The notes under the pieces are model-generated. The model did no database searches, was not told the origin of the DNA, and saw nothing but the letters and a program-made list of their open reading frames with translations. From a virus (lineage: Duplodnaviria; Caudoviricetes), in IMG/VR virus record IMGVR_UViG_3300048560_000012, positions 1 to 41,151 of that record: DNA of 41,151 nucleotides. The stretch is one strand, 5' to 3'. Both the position numbers and the translations under genes were made by a program. Below are positions 27,688-37,109 of this stretch, one piece after another (within the stretch, counting starts at the first letter, position 1; each line of letters starts with the position of its first letter).

Positions 27688-28535
27688 GATTTCTCCTTGT
27701 CGGCGAGGCCGGGGTACGTCGCACGCGGACGGCCCTCGCCGTTCAGTGTCCGCATGTACTTATCGAATTCGCACAGACAGTTCTGCAAGTCTTGCGCATG
27801 GATGCCGCGGATACCTTCTTTCTCCAACAACGGAAGGATTTGTCTGTGAAGATCTTGTAATGCGTTGAGCCAGTCGGCTTCCCTCCATGGATCTTTCACC
27901 GGACGACCCAGAACGCGGTTGAGGCCGCGACGACTCCCCGGCCCTGACGCCGCCCATGTATCCCAGTCCGGTGCTCCTGCGAGTGGCGAGACGTACTTGA
28001 GGTCAGCGACTACTTGCGCCGACATGAAACTGCCCATGCCGTTAAAGCGTGACAGCCGCGCATGGTACGACGCTAGGGGTTCCCCGAAGTATGGCCGCAG
28101 GGACGCACGAGAAGCCCAGAGAGGGGTCAATACGTGCTTGGCAAGGTAGTCGGCCTTGTCCATGGCGTGGCCGTTTGTGCTGACGATGTACGCCCCGCTG
28201 AACGCTTTCTTCCCTTGTGTTTGACGGTCATGCATCGCCTTGAGAAACCGCTTTGGGTTCCACGGCACCGGGTAGCCGATTTCACGCAGCGTCTCCGGCC
28301 AATTGATCAAGCGCGCGACTACCATTGCAAACCATTCGTCTTCCAATATTCCTTCAAGTGGGTCACGCCAGTTCTGCGCGATCCACTTTGTCACCGTGTC
28401 ATGCTCGCGACGGACATTGCAGAAACGGTACGACTGCAGGATCAGGTCTTTCGTCCAAGGTTTCGGCTCGCCGCGTTGCCGCTTCAAGCGAATAGATTCC
28501 CGCTCCTTGATCCAGTAGATGAGTTTCTTGATCAT
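27675..28535 (-). CDS. 5-hydroxymethyluracil DNA kinase-like (aGPT-Pplase1 family)
   Basis: WIKERESI...PWT.D.IL..YRFCNVRREHD, F...QVVADL, GPGS.RGL, QNCLCEFDKY. Confidence 0.85.
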   Translation of the reverse strand: MIKKLIYWIKERESIRLKRQRGEPKPWTKDLILQSYRFCNVRREHDTVTKWIAQNWRDPLEGILEDEWFAMVVARLINWPETLREIGYPVPWNPKRFLKAMHDRQTQGKKAFSGAYIVSTNGHAMDKADYLAKHVLTPLWASRASLRPYFGEPLASYHARLSRFNGMGSFMSAQVVADLKYVSPLAGAPDWDTWAASGPGSRRGLNRVLGRPVKDPWREADWLNALQDLHRQILPLLEKEGIRGIHAQDLQNCLCEFDKYMRTLNGEGRPRATYPGLADKEKSCWS

Positions 28536-28771
28536 GACAGTAGCTCCTCTCCTTCAGTCCATTTGATCATTTTGTCGACACCCTTGAACACTACCGCCGC
28601 ACGCTCTGGCGAGATCATGCCGACGTGGATGCGGTCGCCGAACACTTGCGCGACGACACAGGTGGTCTGTCCCTTGGCACTGAGACGTTTGACTTCTCGC
28701 TGAAATCCGGCTTTCTCAATCGCGCGTTGCTGTCGCGCTGTTAGCTTGAGTACGAGAAACGGGTAAGACAT
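28532..28771 (-). CDS. Hypothetical protein
   Basis: AGGAG SD; ATGA-coupled to the kinase gene. Confidence 0.65.
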   Translation of the reverse strand: MSYPFLVLKLTARQQRAIEKAGFQREVKRLSAKGQTTCVVAQVFGDRIHVGMISPERAAVVFKGVDKMIKWTEGEELLS

Positions 28772-28807
28772 CGTTTGCTCCTAGTGTAACGGGATGTTCA
28801 GAATAAC

Positions 28808-28836
28808 AAGATAGTCCAGTCAAGTAAATGTGTCAA
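28808..28836 (-). promoter_or_regulatory. Sigma70-like promoter (TTGACA-17-TATCTT)
   Basis: Consensus -35, optimal spacing, intergenic. Confidence 0.7.
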
Positions 28837-28846
28837 TGGAGTGCAG

Positions 28847-29638
28847 TCAGTCCTGCGAAAACACTGCCGGGAAGACTTCTGTCTTCGGCTTGATCACCAG
28901 ATCCAGAACGCCCTTGTACTCCCGGATAGCAGTGATCTCGGGATACTTGGCATGCAGGTATTCTGTTGCTTCCTTCTCGCCCTCCGCAGTGCGCGACACT
29001 TGATGCCCCCCGGGGACACTCCAGTACTTGCTATCGACGCCGAAGCTGCGGAACTTGCACACTCCACCGAAGCGCTCGTACATCAGCAACGCACGCTCGT
29101 GACTCTCCTTCCCGGCTTTGTAGTCCAGCCGCGTCTTGATGTACTGCCCCTCGTCCACCAGCAAATCGTGCAGGTTGATCAACCCGTAGAAATTGCCGAC
29201 TAGGTAGATGCGACCGACAGACACTTTGTGCTTCATCTCCAGATTGGAATCCGTGGAGTTGATACCGAACATCCGCATGCCCCGAACATCCGTTGCGGCA
29301 AAGGCGGCTTCTATGAAGTCATGCATCTTGGTCGCTTTGAGCCGTTTGCCTTGCCTGTTCAGCCCTACAATCTTCTTGATGTCGTCGTCTATGAATAGTA
29401 GATGTTCTCCTTCTGGGAAATACCGCTGGATGAAGTTCCGCTGATTGGGGATACCGCGTTTTCCAACAACGACCTTGATGTCCTTCGGCAATGCAGCGCG
29501 ATACGCTTTGGCCTCTGCGTTGTCGGCAACAAAAACATAGATGTCTTGTACTACGTCTGTCCGTAGCAGACATGCCAGCGTATGCGACTGGAGGATGTCC
29601 GCTCTTTTGTAAGACGGGATGATGATCTTGTAGGTCAC
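28847..29638 (-). CDS. TAGT/GREB1-like GT-A DNA glycosyltransferase
   Basis: IIIPSYKRA, GI..QRNFI, LFIDDDI (DxD), KE..ER.L, PGG. Confidence 0.75.
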   Translation of the reverse strand: MTYKIIIPSYKRADILQSHTLACLLRTDVVQDIYVFVADNAEAKAYRAALPKDIKVVVGKRGIPNQRNFIQRYFPEGEHLLFIDDDIKKIVGLNRQGKRLKATKMHDFIEAAFAATDVRGMRMFGINSTDSNLEMKHKVSVGRIYLVGNFYGLINLHDLLVDEGQYIKTRLDYKAGKESHERALLMYERFGGVCKFRSFGVDSKYWSVPGGHQVSRTAEGEKEATEYLHAKYPEITAIREYKGVLDLVIKPKTEVFPAVFSQD

Positions 29639-31023
29639 AGCAGCAAATCCTCCGGATGGTGGTAGCGCAAGAGCGCGTTGAGCAATTGACGTTGAGTTCT
29701 TGACTTGGTCGCAATGGCGTCACGGATGGCTTCGTCCACGGTGAAGCGCATCATCAGGTAGTGAACGATCACCGGCTTTGTCTGCCCTTGTCTGTCCAGT
29801 CGTGCCACAAGCTGATCGTGCATCTCCAGAGACCACGTCTGACTATAGAAGACGAGAATGTGACCACCGTATTGCAGACCGTCGATGCCGTGGCCCCCAC
29901 TCTGCGGATGGATGGCAAGACGCTTGATCTTACCCTCGCGCCACTGGCGGATCAACTCCTCCGGGTTCTTTGAATCTGCAAACACTATCACGTCCTTGAA
30001 GCGCGTGCGCAGTCGCGCCAGATCGCTCTTGAACCAGTAGGCTATCAGCACATTCTGCCCCTCAGCCTCGTCGAGAACGTCCTCGAGGGCGTCCAGCTTT
30101 GCCTCATGGACAGCGTGCCAGTTTTTGTCCGTGTCGTAGAGTGCGCCGTTAGCGAATTGCCAAAGCTTTGTCGTCATTGCAGCGGCATTGAACGCTTCTA
30201 CGGCTTCACCACTTTCAAGCTCTAGAAAGAACTGCCGCTCTAACCGATCGTATTGTTCTCGCGCTCTAGCGGGAAGTTCAAGATAGATATCGTTATAGAC
30301 AACAGGCGGGATCTCCCTGTAGTCTGCAGCATCCAGTCGTAATACCAGCGGCCCGATCGCGCGTTCAATGCGTTGCTGCGCTCCCCGACGGATAGAGTAG
30401 TGGTACCCCATATAGTCCAACTTCTTGAAGAACTCTTCACGGAATAGATCAAACCGATTGCCGAAGCGTTGCCCTTTGTCCAGCAAATAGATCTGCGAAA
30501 AGATGTCCATGTAGCTGTTCGGCGCGGGGGTGCCCGTCAGTTCCCAGACAAACTCAAACGAGTCGCGCACTTTCTTCAGGGATTTGAACCGCTTTGTCCG
30601 ATGGGACTTGACCTTGCTGGCCTCATCCAGCACAAGACCCTTCTTGCCTGGAGGGAAGCCGCGCATCTTGCGCATCGCCGTGACGAGCCATTGAAGGTTC
30701 TCGTAATTGATCAAATAGATTTGCGCCTTGCGACGGAGTGCGTCAAAGCGTTGCTGCTCGGTGCCCCGCACCAGACTAAAGGTAAGATGCCGCGTATGCT
30801 CCCATTCCTTCGCTTGCTGACGCCAGACGGACTGAATGACCCGGATGGGCGCAACGACAAAGATGCAATCCACCGTACTCAACATCAACACACTGTCCGC
30901 AGCGGTCAGCGTACAGACGGTCTTGCCGAGACCCATGTCCAGCCATAGAGCGGCAGCGGGACGGTCGGTCAGGAACTTGGTCGCACGATTCTGGTATCCG
31001 TGCATCTCGCTACGCTTGCGCAT
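29635..31023 (-). CDS. SNF2-family helicase
   Basis: DMGLGKT, LDEAS, LTGTP, GHGIDGLQ, ARLDRQGQ. Confidence 0.93.
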   Translation of the reverse strand: MRKRSEMHGYQNRATKFLTDRPAAALWLDMGLGKTVCTLTAADSVLMLSTVDCIFVVAPIRVIQSVWRQQAKEWEHTRHLTFSLVRGTEQQRFDALRRKAQIYLINYENLQWLVTAMRKMRGFPPGKKGLVLDEASKVKSHRTKRFKSLKKVRDSFEFVWELTGTPAPNSYMDIFSQIYLLDKGQRFGNRFDLFREEFFKKLDYMGYHYSIRRGAQQRIERAIGPLVLRLDAADYREIPPVVYNDIYLELPARAREQYDRLERQFFLELESGEAVEAFNAAAMTTKLWQFANGALYDTDKNWHAVHEAKLDALEDVLDEAEGQNVLIAYWFKSDLARLRTRFKDVIVFADSKNPEELIRQWREGKIKRLAIHPQSGGHGIDGLQYGGHILVFYSQTWSLEMHDQLVARLDRQGQTKPVIVHYLMMRFTVDEAIRDAIATKSRTQRQLLNALLRYHHPEDLLL

Positions 31024-31339
31024 CGTGCTCCTCGAAGACTTGATCCACTCCGCCTAATGTATGCGCCCGATAAACCTTGAAACCGAGACCCGCGAACTTC
31101 TTATGGACATACCCTTGCAACGCATGCAGCCTACCCCCGCGTGGCCGTTTAAGCTCGCAGAGCAAGAGTCGTCCTTTTGGCATGAAGCAGATCCGATCAG
31201 GCAAGCCGCGTACCCCGGGGATGGATAGTTTCATTGGCCAGCCGCCTCGCGCTTTCACCTGAGATACGAAATACCGCTCAACTTCGCTCTCAAGAATCTC
31301 GGCTTCACTACGCAAGCGACCGCCCTTTTCCGGCAACAT
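31010..31339 (-). CDS. VRR-NUC nuclease
   Basis: ESEVE, GLPDRI, ELKRP. Confidence 0.88.
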   Translation of the reverse strand: MLPEKGGRLRSEAEILESEVERYFVSQVKARGGWPMKLSIPGVRGLPDRICFMPKGRLLLCELKRPRGGRLHALQGYVHKKFAGLGFKVYRAHTLGGVDQVFEEHDAQA

Positions 31340-31583
31340 GCTGCGCTATCTCGCGATGGAACGCCAACGAGCGCGCATGGTTGAACCGCGCCGTCAGCCG
31401 ATAGAGCAAGAATGTGCGCCGCCGCGTGGCGAGTTCCAGCACGATCATCTTGCCGATCTCGTCGTGATCTTCTGCCGCGAGTGTCATCAGGTACTGATGG
31501 CACTGCACCCAATTTTTCAGATGCGGCGAGAGCCGATCCTTGTCGGTGCTGCGGACAACGTGTTTCTTCAAAGTAGGGATCAT
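31308..31583 (-). CDS. Hypothetical protein
   Basis: GGAGG SD; follows PolA. Confidence 0.55.
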   Translation of the reverse strand: MIPTLKKHVVRSTDKDRLSPHLKNWVQCHQYLMTLAAEDHDEIGKMIVLELATRRRTFLLYRLTARFNHARSLAFHREIAQHVAGKGRSLA

Positions 31584-31584
31584 C

Positions 31585-33540
31585 TTATTTCCTCCAGCGT
31601 TTAGCAAAAAATCCCTCTGCCGCGATCGGACACGATCCCCCCCATTGCGGCATTTCACAGAGGAGCTTTTCGTACCCTTCCACAGACCCGAACCCTTCAT
31701 CTGTTTCGGAAATGATTTCATCATGTACCGTGCCGACTACGTCATACCCTGCGGCTTCTACATTGTGCATCCCTTGCACCATGATGTCGCGTGCGATAGC
31801 CTGTACGATGTTCTCGACCAGCTTGCCCCCGTAAGTGCTGAGGCGCATCCATTGCTTATTCTTGCCCTCACCCATGAAGGTCAGTTCCGCTTTGAAGTCA
31901 CCGAACTTCTTGACCGTGCGCACTTCGGGGTCGGGATACGCCAGACGGCGACCGCTCGGCAACTGGACGAACAAGAACCTGTCTTGAACATAGAACCGAA
32001 TGTCGCGCGCCTTGTAGATCTTGCCGGGGTTGCTGACCGCTGCAATGGCCGCGTTCTCTACAAGACGCCAGAATTTCGGCACCATTGGATGAGTGTCGCG
32101 GTATCCGTAGACCCCGCGCTCAGCGATATTCCGTTCGACTGGTGCGCCTCGCTGCTCACAGGTGAGTATGAACTTATCCACGCCCATGCCGAAGCCGCAT
32201 CCGAGGATGACGTCCTTGCCGACCTTGCGTTGCGCACTGTCGATCAGTCCGACCGGAATGCCGAAGATATGTGACGCCATGATCTTGTATTGGTCGATGT
32301 TCTGGCGGTACCGTTCTATCGCGTCTTGCTGTCCCGCTGTCCAGACTAAATCTCGCGCCTCAATGGCGGCATAGTCGGCAACGTTCAGCACGCGTCCGTC
32401 AGGAGCGCAGAGCACGCCCCGCATGGCAGATCCTAGCAGGGTCATGAGTGGTTCTGGGTAGAGCAGTATCGCCCCTTCTACGTTGCCAGCGTGAAGCAGG
32501 TCTACGATCCGCGCCTGATCCGCCTTGCCGTGTAAAGGGCGAACGAAATTATGCGGTTGAAGCAGCTTGCCCGACCAGCGACCGGTCGTCGCGCCGTGGT
32601 AGAGCAACGTTCCGCGAACGCGATTGTCTGCGCTGATGAACTCTTTTATCTTAGTCAGTTTCTTCGTGCTGACCTTCCCCGCTTCCAGCCGGATTTCCAA
32701 GAGCCGTGCTACGTTCTCTGGGATCTCGGATAGGATGTCCGCCGCCAGTGTGTCCGTCAGTTCCTTGGCTTGCAACGTGTCAACGCCACCACCTTCAGCG
32801 CTCAGCCATTCCAGTACTTTGTCACGCTGCGTTACCCGTAGTCCGCCGGTCAGCTTGAGTGCTTCTTGTTCCAGATCATAAAGCCGACTGGAAGCGATTT
32901 CGATCATGGAGTCGACCAGATCCATATCTATCGGCAATCCACGTTCATTGATGCGCGTGTCCATGCGCCAGACTTTTTCCTCTGCATCTGGCAGTTTTGG
33001 CAATGCGTCGTAGAGCGCACGCTCCACCCGAACGTCTTGTGCGCAGTATTCTACGAGCTCCTCAAACCCAGACGGGTCTTCCCACGTATAGATGCGGATG
33101 CCGGGGTCAGCCTTGGTCGGCTTGCGCGGCAGACAGAACCGCTTGATGAGCTGAGCGCCTCGCTTGTCCTTGCGCACGGTCATGCCGATGGCGGCAGCGG
33201 CTTTGTCTAGCGCCCTTGGCAAGGCGAGTGCAGCGGCTTGCGCGGCAGTGCAGCGCCACTGATCTTCCTTTGGCATGGGGAAACCTAGATGCGGAACGAG
33301 ATCGTGCAAGAACGCGAGTCGCTCAAACTGCGCATTGTGCGCACCGATTGGTTCGCCAGCATGGATGCGTTGCGCAAGGACTGCGGGGACTGGATCACCC
33401 CGTCGCCATTTCTGCACTTCGCCATTGTCGATCGACCAGCAGAAGCAGAGCGTTTCCGTGCTCTCGTCTTCCCAGTATCTCCACGCGCCGACATTGCGGA
33501 CGCTGAGAAGGCTGAACGATTCTACGTCTAGATGTAGCAT
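31585..33540 (-). CDS. Family A DNA polymerase with 3'-5' exonuclease
   Basis: LDVES, AHNAQFE, YCAQDV, TGRWSG, ADYAAIEAR, RKVGK..ILGCGFG, TVHDEII. Confidence 0.95.
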   Translation of the reverse strand: MLHLDVESFSLLSVRNVGAWRYWEDESTETLCFCWSIDNGEVQKWRRGDPVPAVLAQRIHAGEPIGAHNAQFERLAFLHDLVPHLGFPMPKEDQWRCTAAQAAALALPRALDKAAAAIGMTVRKDKRGAQLIKRFCLPRKPTKADPGIRIYTWEDPSGFEELVEYCAQDVRVERALYDALPKLPDAEEKVWRMDTRINERGLPIDMDLVDSMIEIASSRLYDLEQEALKLTGGLRVTQRDKVLEWLSAEGGGVDTLQAKELTDTLAADILSEIPENVARLLEIRLEAGKVSTKKLTKIKEFISADNRVRGTLLYHGATTGRWSGKLLQPHNFVRPLHGKADQARIVDLLHAGNVEGAILLYPEPLMTLLGSAMRGVLCAPDGRVLNVADYAAIEARDLVWTAGQQDAIERYRQNIDQYKIMASHIFGIPVGLIDSAQRKVGKDVILGCGFGMGVDKFILTCEQRGAPVERNIAERGVYGYRDTHPMVPKFWRLVENAAIAAVSNPGKIYKARDIRFYVQDRFLFVQLPSGRRLAYPDPEVRTVKKFGDFKAELTFMGEGKNKQWMRLSTYGGKLVENIVQAIARDIMVQGMHNVEAAGYDVVGTVHDEIISETDEGFGSVEGYEKLLCEMPQWGGSCPIAAEGFFAKRWRK

Positions 33541-33546
33541 GGCAGC

Positions 33547-34011
33547 TTAAGATGCAGAAGAAATGCCACCTTTGAACCGCAATCCTCCGTCAAGGAGGAG
33601 GACCTTCTGCTCTGGAAAACTCTTTTTGAAAGATGCCATTAGGTTATCTCGCTGTTCGGCAGACAGGCACTTCTCAGTTTCTATGAACCATACGTCCCCC
33701 GGCTTTGACGGTATGCGGGATGTCACGAGAAATCCCAATGCTTCCATGGTCACGGTTTCCCCCGAGCGAGTCACGCGATAGATCTCACCTTGGGCTTCTG
33801 CCAGCCCGCGAAGACCCGCTGCGGAGTACTGCACCCCGTCGATACGCCATGTATCTGTCCGCCACTGGTATCCTTCTTTCTGTTCTACGCGCCAATGCAT
33901 GAACTTCAGCGGAAATAGGAGAGCGTAGATCACTTGCATCCACCACGGCAAGATTATCCCTTCAGGCACGTTCAAGCATTCACGCAGCCAATACCAAAAT
34001 CTTTGTTTCAT
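33547..34011 (-). CDS. Hypothetical protein
   Basis: Fills the operon; SD present. Confidence 0.6.
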   Translation of the reverse strand: MKQRFWYWLRECLNVPEGIILPWWMQVIYALLFPLKFMHWRVEQKEGYQWRTDTWRIDGVQYSAAGLRGLAEAQGEIYRVTRSGETVTMEALGFLVTSRIPSKPGDVWFIETEKCLSAEQRDNLMASFKKSFPEQKVLLLDGGLRFKGGISSAS

Positions 34012-34020
34012 TTTCGTCTC

Positions 34021-34212
34021 CTATTCCTTGGTCAGTGTTTCAGCTTCCACTTCAGTCACGACCAGCTTTGGCATGGATATCGTAGAAACTTCAAGCCATG
34101 TAAAGCGCACGTTCTTGATGCAGATACCGTACTCGTCCCAGACGCTCTGCGCGATATTGCGAAGTCCGTCATGGACAATGCTCTCAACGGGGATTGATTT
34201 TAGCTCGGCCAT
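34021..34212 (-). CDS. Hypothetical protein
   Basis: Fills the operon. Confidence 0.55.
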   Translation of the reverse strand: MAELKSIPVESIVHDGLRNIAQSVWDEYGICIKNVRFTWLEVSTISMPKLVVTEVEAETLTKE

Positions 34213-34226
34213 GTTGTTCCCTTTCT

Positions 34227-34262
34227 GGCGTACCCGCTAGACCGCAGTCCAGCGGGTACGCC
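34227..34262 (-). other. Intergenic 16-bp hairpin
   Basis: GGCGTACCCGCTGGAC-TGCG-GTCTAGCGGGTACGCC, G-U compatible on the minus strand. Confidence 0.7.
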
Positions 34263-34270
34263 GAAATAGG

Positions 34271-34828
34271 TTAAATGAGGTCTTCCGCAGCGTCCTCGAC
34301 GGGGTCGACTCCGGCTCTCGGCCTTGCGGGGGTGCTACCTCCCTTGCTGGTAGCCTTGGAAGGCGTCGACGGCTTGCTCGACGGCCCGACAACCTTCACA
34401 GCGACCCCCGTTGCGACGCCAGCATAGAGCCGCTTGTCGTCCCCCTTGTAGAGCCGCAGTTTGCCGAGACGGAAGCCATGCTTTGCACTGACCCGTGCCA
34501 TCTTGTTCGTCAGATTGAGATCGCTGAGTGCGATCGGTTTTCCGGCCTCCTTGACGGCGACGAGAATGGATTCCACCGCCATGTCCAGAACTAGCAAGGT
34601 GCTTTCCCGCCGTTCACGCTTGGACGGGTAGGCTGTCTTTGCAACCAGGGTCAGCTTGACCTCGCTGCTTGACGACACGGCCTTCTTCGGCGCGGCCTTC
34701 TTCGGCGCGGCCTTCTTCGGCGCGGCCTTCTTCGGCGCGGCCTTCTTCGGCGCGGCCTTCTTCGGCGCGGCCTTCTTCGGCGCGGCCTTCTTCGGCGCGG
34801 CCTTCTTCGGTACAGGTTTTGTAGCCAT
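34271..34828 (-). CDS. Histone H1-like (PKKAA)x9 DNA-binding protein
   Basis: Basic repeats; possible winged-helix core. Confidence 0.75.
   Translation of the reverse strand: MATKPVPKKAAPKKAAPKKAAPKKAAPKKAAPKKAAPKKAAPKKAAPKKAVSSSSEVKLTLVAKTAYPSKRERRESTLLVLDMAVESILVAVKEAGKPIALSDLNLTNKMARVSAKHGFRLGKLRLYKGDDKRLYAGVATGVAVKVVGPSSKPSTPSKATSKGGSTPARPRAGVDPVEDAAEDLI
34678..34810. repeat. 15-bp perfect tandem repeat, about 9 units (CCTTCTTCGGCGCGG)
   Basis: Read directly. Confidence 0.95.
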
Positions 34829-34858
34829 GATGCGTTTTCTCCTTCGGTTAAAAAGTGG

Positions 34859-35422
34859 TTACAACAGATCTTCGTCGTCGTCGTCGCTATCGCCCGAGAC
34901 GCTCTGACCGCCGAAATCTTCTTCGGCGCTGCTACCGCCAGACAGCGGCTCGTCGTCCCGCAATTTCTGCAGATTGTTCAGGCCGATGGCGACACCCTTG
35001 TTCCCGGAATTGTCGTAGAAAAAAGGGTTGACGGTCGCACGTGCCCAGCATCCGGAATAGAAATCTTCCTCGTCCAGAATCGGGTTCGTGTCCTTGTCAA
35101 CAACTCCGGGACGGCGATACGAGCTCGCATTGATGAAGTACATGCCTTTGAACTCGTCTCCCTCGCGTTCCGTGTCACCGTCACGCAACGGCCACCAGCG
35201 CAGATTCTTCGGCAGACCTTGCGGATACTTTTCGTCGGCGATCTTCTTGCACTGCGCCTTCAGCTTGATAAGGAATTCCTTGACCTTGGGGTCTTTCTTC
35301 GGGAACAGCATGCAGACCCCGTATTTCGGCTTCTTGCCTTCCTCGGCTTCGCGAGGGCGAAACACGAAAGCGTAGCTCGCGCGGAACGGCGGGGTAAATG
35401 TCTTCTGCGGTTTTTCACTCAT
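34859..35422 (-). CDS. ssDNA-binding protein (DUF2815 / T7 gp2.5-like)
   Basis: RASYA, PLRDGD, FYSGCW.RA, GNKGVAIGLNNLQK, acidic tail. Confidence 0.9.
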   Translation of the reverse strand: MSEKPQKTFTPPFRASYAFVFRPREAEEGKKPKYGVCMLFPKKDPKVKEFLIKLKAQCKKIADEKYPQGLPKNLRWWPLRDGDTEREGDEFKGMYFINASSYRRPGVVDKDTNPILDEEDFYSGCWARATVNPFFYDNSGNKGVAIGLNNLQKLRDDEPLSGGSSAEEDFGGQSVSGDSDDDDEDLL

Positions 35423-35424
35423 CT

Positions 35425-36630
35425 CTACTTCTCCTTGAATAAGCCGTAGTCTTCAGGCGAAACCGGCTTGCGGCTGTCGCTGACCGGAGCTACGGCGATC
35501 TCCGGTTTGGGGGGAATGACCAAGCGGTTGAAAGCTTTCAACTGTGGCTCAGTCAGTTCGTATTTGTTTGTAAAGCGCAACATCTTTGACCGGGGTAATG
35601 GGTTTCGTGGAGCGACGCTTTCCAGCGGCAGACCGACCTTTTGCACCCATGTCACGACCTTTTCCTTGTCCGTGTAGGACGAACGGTTCCGGCGATAGAC
35701 CAGCTTGTACCCCGAAATCTCTTGTCCGTCCAGCATCAAATTCTGCGCGGCAGATTTCAGTCCATTCAGGAATCCTTCAATCATGCCGACATATGACATG
35801 GCATAAGTGATCTCCTCCGAGTCTAACTCGCTCACCAGTGGAGGGTCTTGCGGCATGACTTCGTCTGTTTGAAACTCCAGCGCCGCTACGCGGAACACCT
35901 TCATGGTCAGTTCGCGACAAGTGCCAGCAGCAGCGCACCAGTGGCAATGATCGCCCGAGCTACGTGCGGCGGACAGGTCATCACTCGCTATGGCGGCAGT
36001 TTGCACTGTCGTGGACATCCACTTCATAAGTGCAAAACTGTCCGTGTCCCACTCAGTCGGGAAGTCCACGACTCTCGGCTGGACGACCACCAGCTTGACG
36101 GGGACTTTCTTGGATTTCCGTACCTCGGAATGAAAGAATTCCAGCAACGCTCCGACTCCGTACGACATCAACTGCGTATTGTTTTCCGCCGCAACCGGCT
36201 TGCGTCCATGCTTGTAGTCCACGACTTCCAGCGACATCGTCTTCGGTGATAGATCCACCAGAACGAGATCGCTCGTACCGTACATGTCCTCACGCTGGAG
36301 CGCAGCACCGGGGTTGAGTTCTTTCTCTAACCAGATTTCGCCTGACGGATGCGCCGCTTGCCAGCGATGGACATAGTTGACCGCATGGGCGACGCAACGT
36401 TGCATGTCTTCCGGGACATCCTGCCCCTCGTACCGGTCGACGTCCAGCGGGTCTAGGCCGAGCATCAATGCGGCTTCCAATACAGCGTGCGCCAGTGTGC
36501 CCTCCTGAGCCGCTGCGCCGCTCTTCTCCCGAGGGAGCTTTGCCGCTGCATTGACAGACGGTGGACAGGCTATCCAGCGCGACGAGGAGCTTGGGGACAG
36601 TCTGGCGTGCTTCGGTTTTTTCTTGGTCAT
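35425..36630 (-). CDS. DUF2800 Cas4-like exonuclease
   Basis: HARLSPSS..RW..CP, GT.AH, GTSD, DYKHG, QLMSY, HCHWC....C. Confidence 0.9.
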   Translation of the reverse strand: MTKKKPKHARLSPSSSSRWIACPPSVNAAAKLPREKSGAAAQEGTLAHAVLEAALMLGLDPLDVDRYEGQDVPEDMQRCVAHAVNYVHRWQAAHPSGEIWLEKELNPGAALQREDMYGTSDLVLVDLSPKTMSLEVVDYKHGRKPVAAENNTQLMSYGVGALLEFFHSEVRKSKKVPVKLVVVQPRVVDFPTEWDTDSFALMKWMSTTVQTAAIASDDLSAARSSGDHCHWCAAAGTCRELTMKVFRVAALEFQTDEVMPQDPPLVSELDSEEITYAMSYVGMIEGFLNGLKSAAQNLMLDGQEISGYKLVYRRNRSSYTDKEKVVTWVQKVGLPLESVAPRNPLPRSKMLRFTNKYELTEPQLKAFNRLVIPPKPEIAVAPVSDSRKPVSPEDYGLFKEK

Positions 36631-36636
36631 AGTGGC

Positions 36637-36819
36637 CTATCCTTTTTCAGTCACGCGTTCCCAAATCCTGTCTAGCGTAGCTACTTGTTTTTCGCTTAAG
36701 GACAAGTCTTTTTCTAACTGACTACGAACGGAATCCAGAAATCCTCTTTCCCAGTCTGTTAGCCAAGACTCTCGTTTTTCACAGTCTTCAATCACTATCA
36801 AATGGTGGCCCGGATCCAT
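36637..36819 (-). CDS. Hypothetical protein
   Basis: LTDWE.GF..S.......LSEKQ...L..IW; GGAGGA SD. Confidence 0.7.
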   Translation of the reverse strand: MDPGHHLIVIEDCEKRESWLTDWERGFLDSVRSQLEKDLSLSEKQVATLDRIWERVTEKG

Positions 36820-36830
36820 TTCAGTCCTCC

Positions 36831-37109
36831 TCAGTCAAGTAGGTCGTAAGTGCTCTGCTTCTTTTTCGGCAGTGGCAGCGGCTCGGGGTACGGAATTACC
36901 CCCTGAACGGTCAGGTCGGCGACAGTGAATTGATCTATCGGGAGGAGCCTGCCGTCAACCTGCAATTGCTCGAACCCGTTGCGCGTGTAAATGGCCGACC
37001 AGACTTCTGCGTGGTACTTGTTGTCTCCACCACGAAAGCAAACGGAAATCAAGTAATGCCGGAGTAGCTTCAACTCGGCTTTGCATTTCGGGTAAGGAAG
37101 CCAGTTCAT
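36831..37109 (-). CDS. Hypothetical protein
   Basis: ATGA-coupled start at 37109. Confidence 0.6.
   Translation of the reverse strand: MNWLPYPKCKAELKLLRHYLISVCFRGGDNKYHAEVWSAIYTRNGFEQLQVDGRLLPIDQFTVADLTVQGVIPYPEPLPLPKKKQSTYDLLD

Noticed and set aside
3345-28783. Recurrent CTAGGAG motif before several genes
   Set aside because: Explained as Shine-Dalgarno sequence, not an operator.
35425-36630. Cas4-like gene as evidence of a CRISPR system
   Set aside because: It sits in the usual DUF2800-DUF2815-PolA replication module, with no array or other cas genes.
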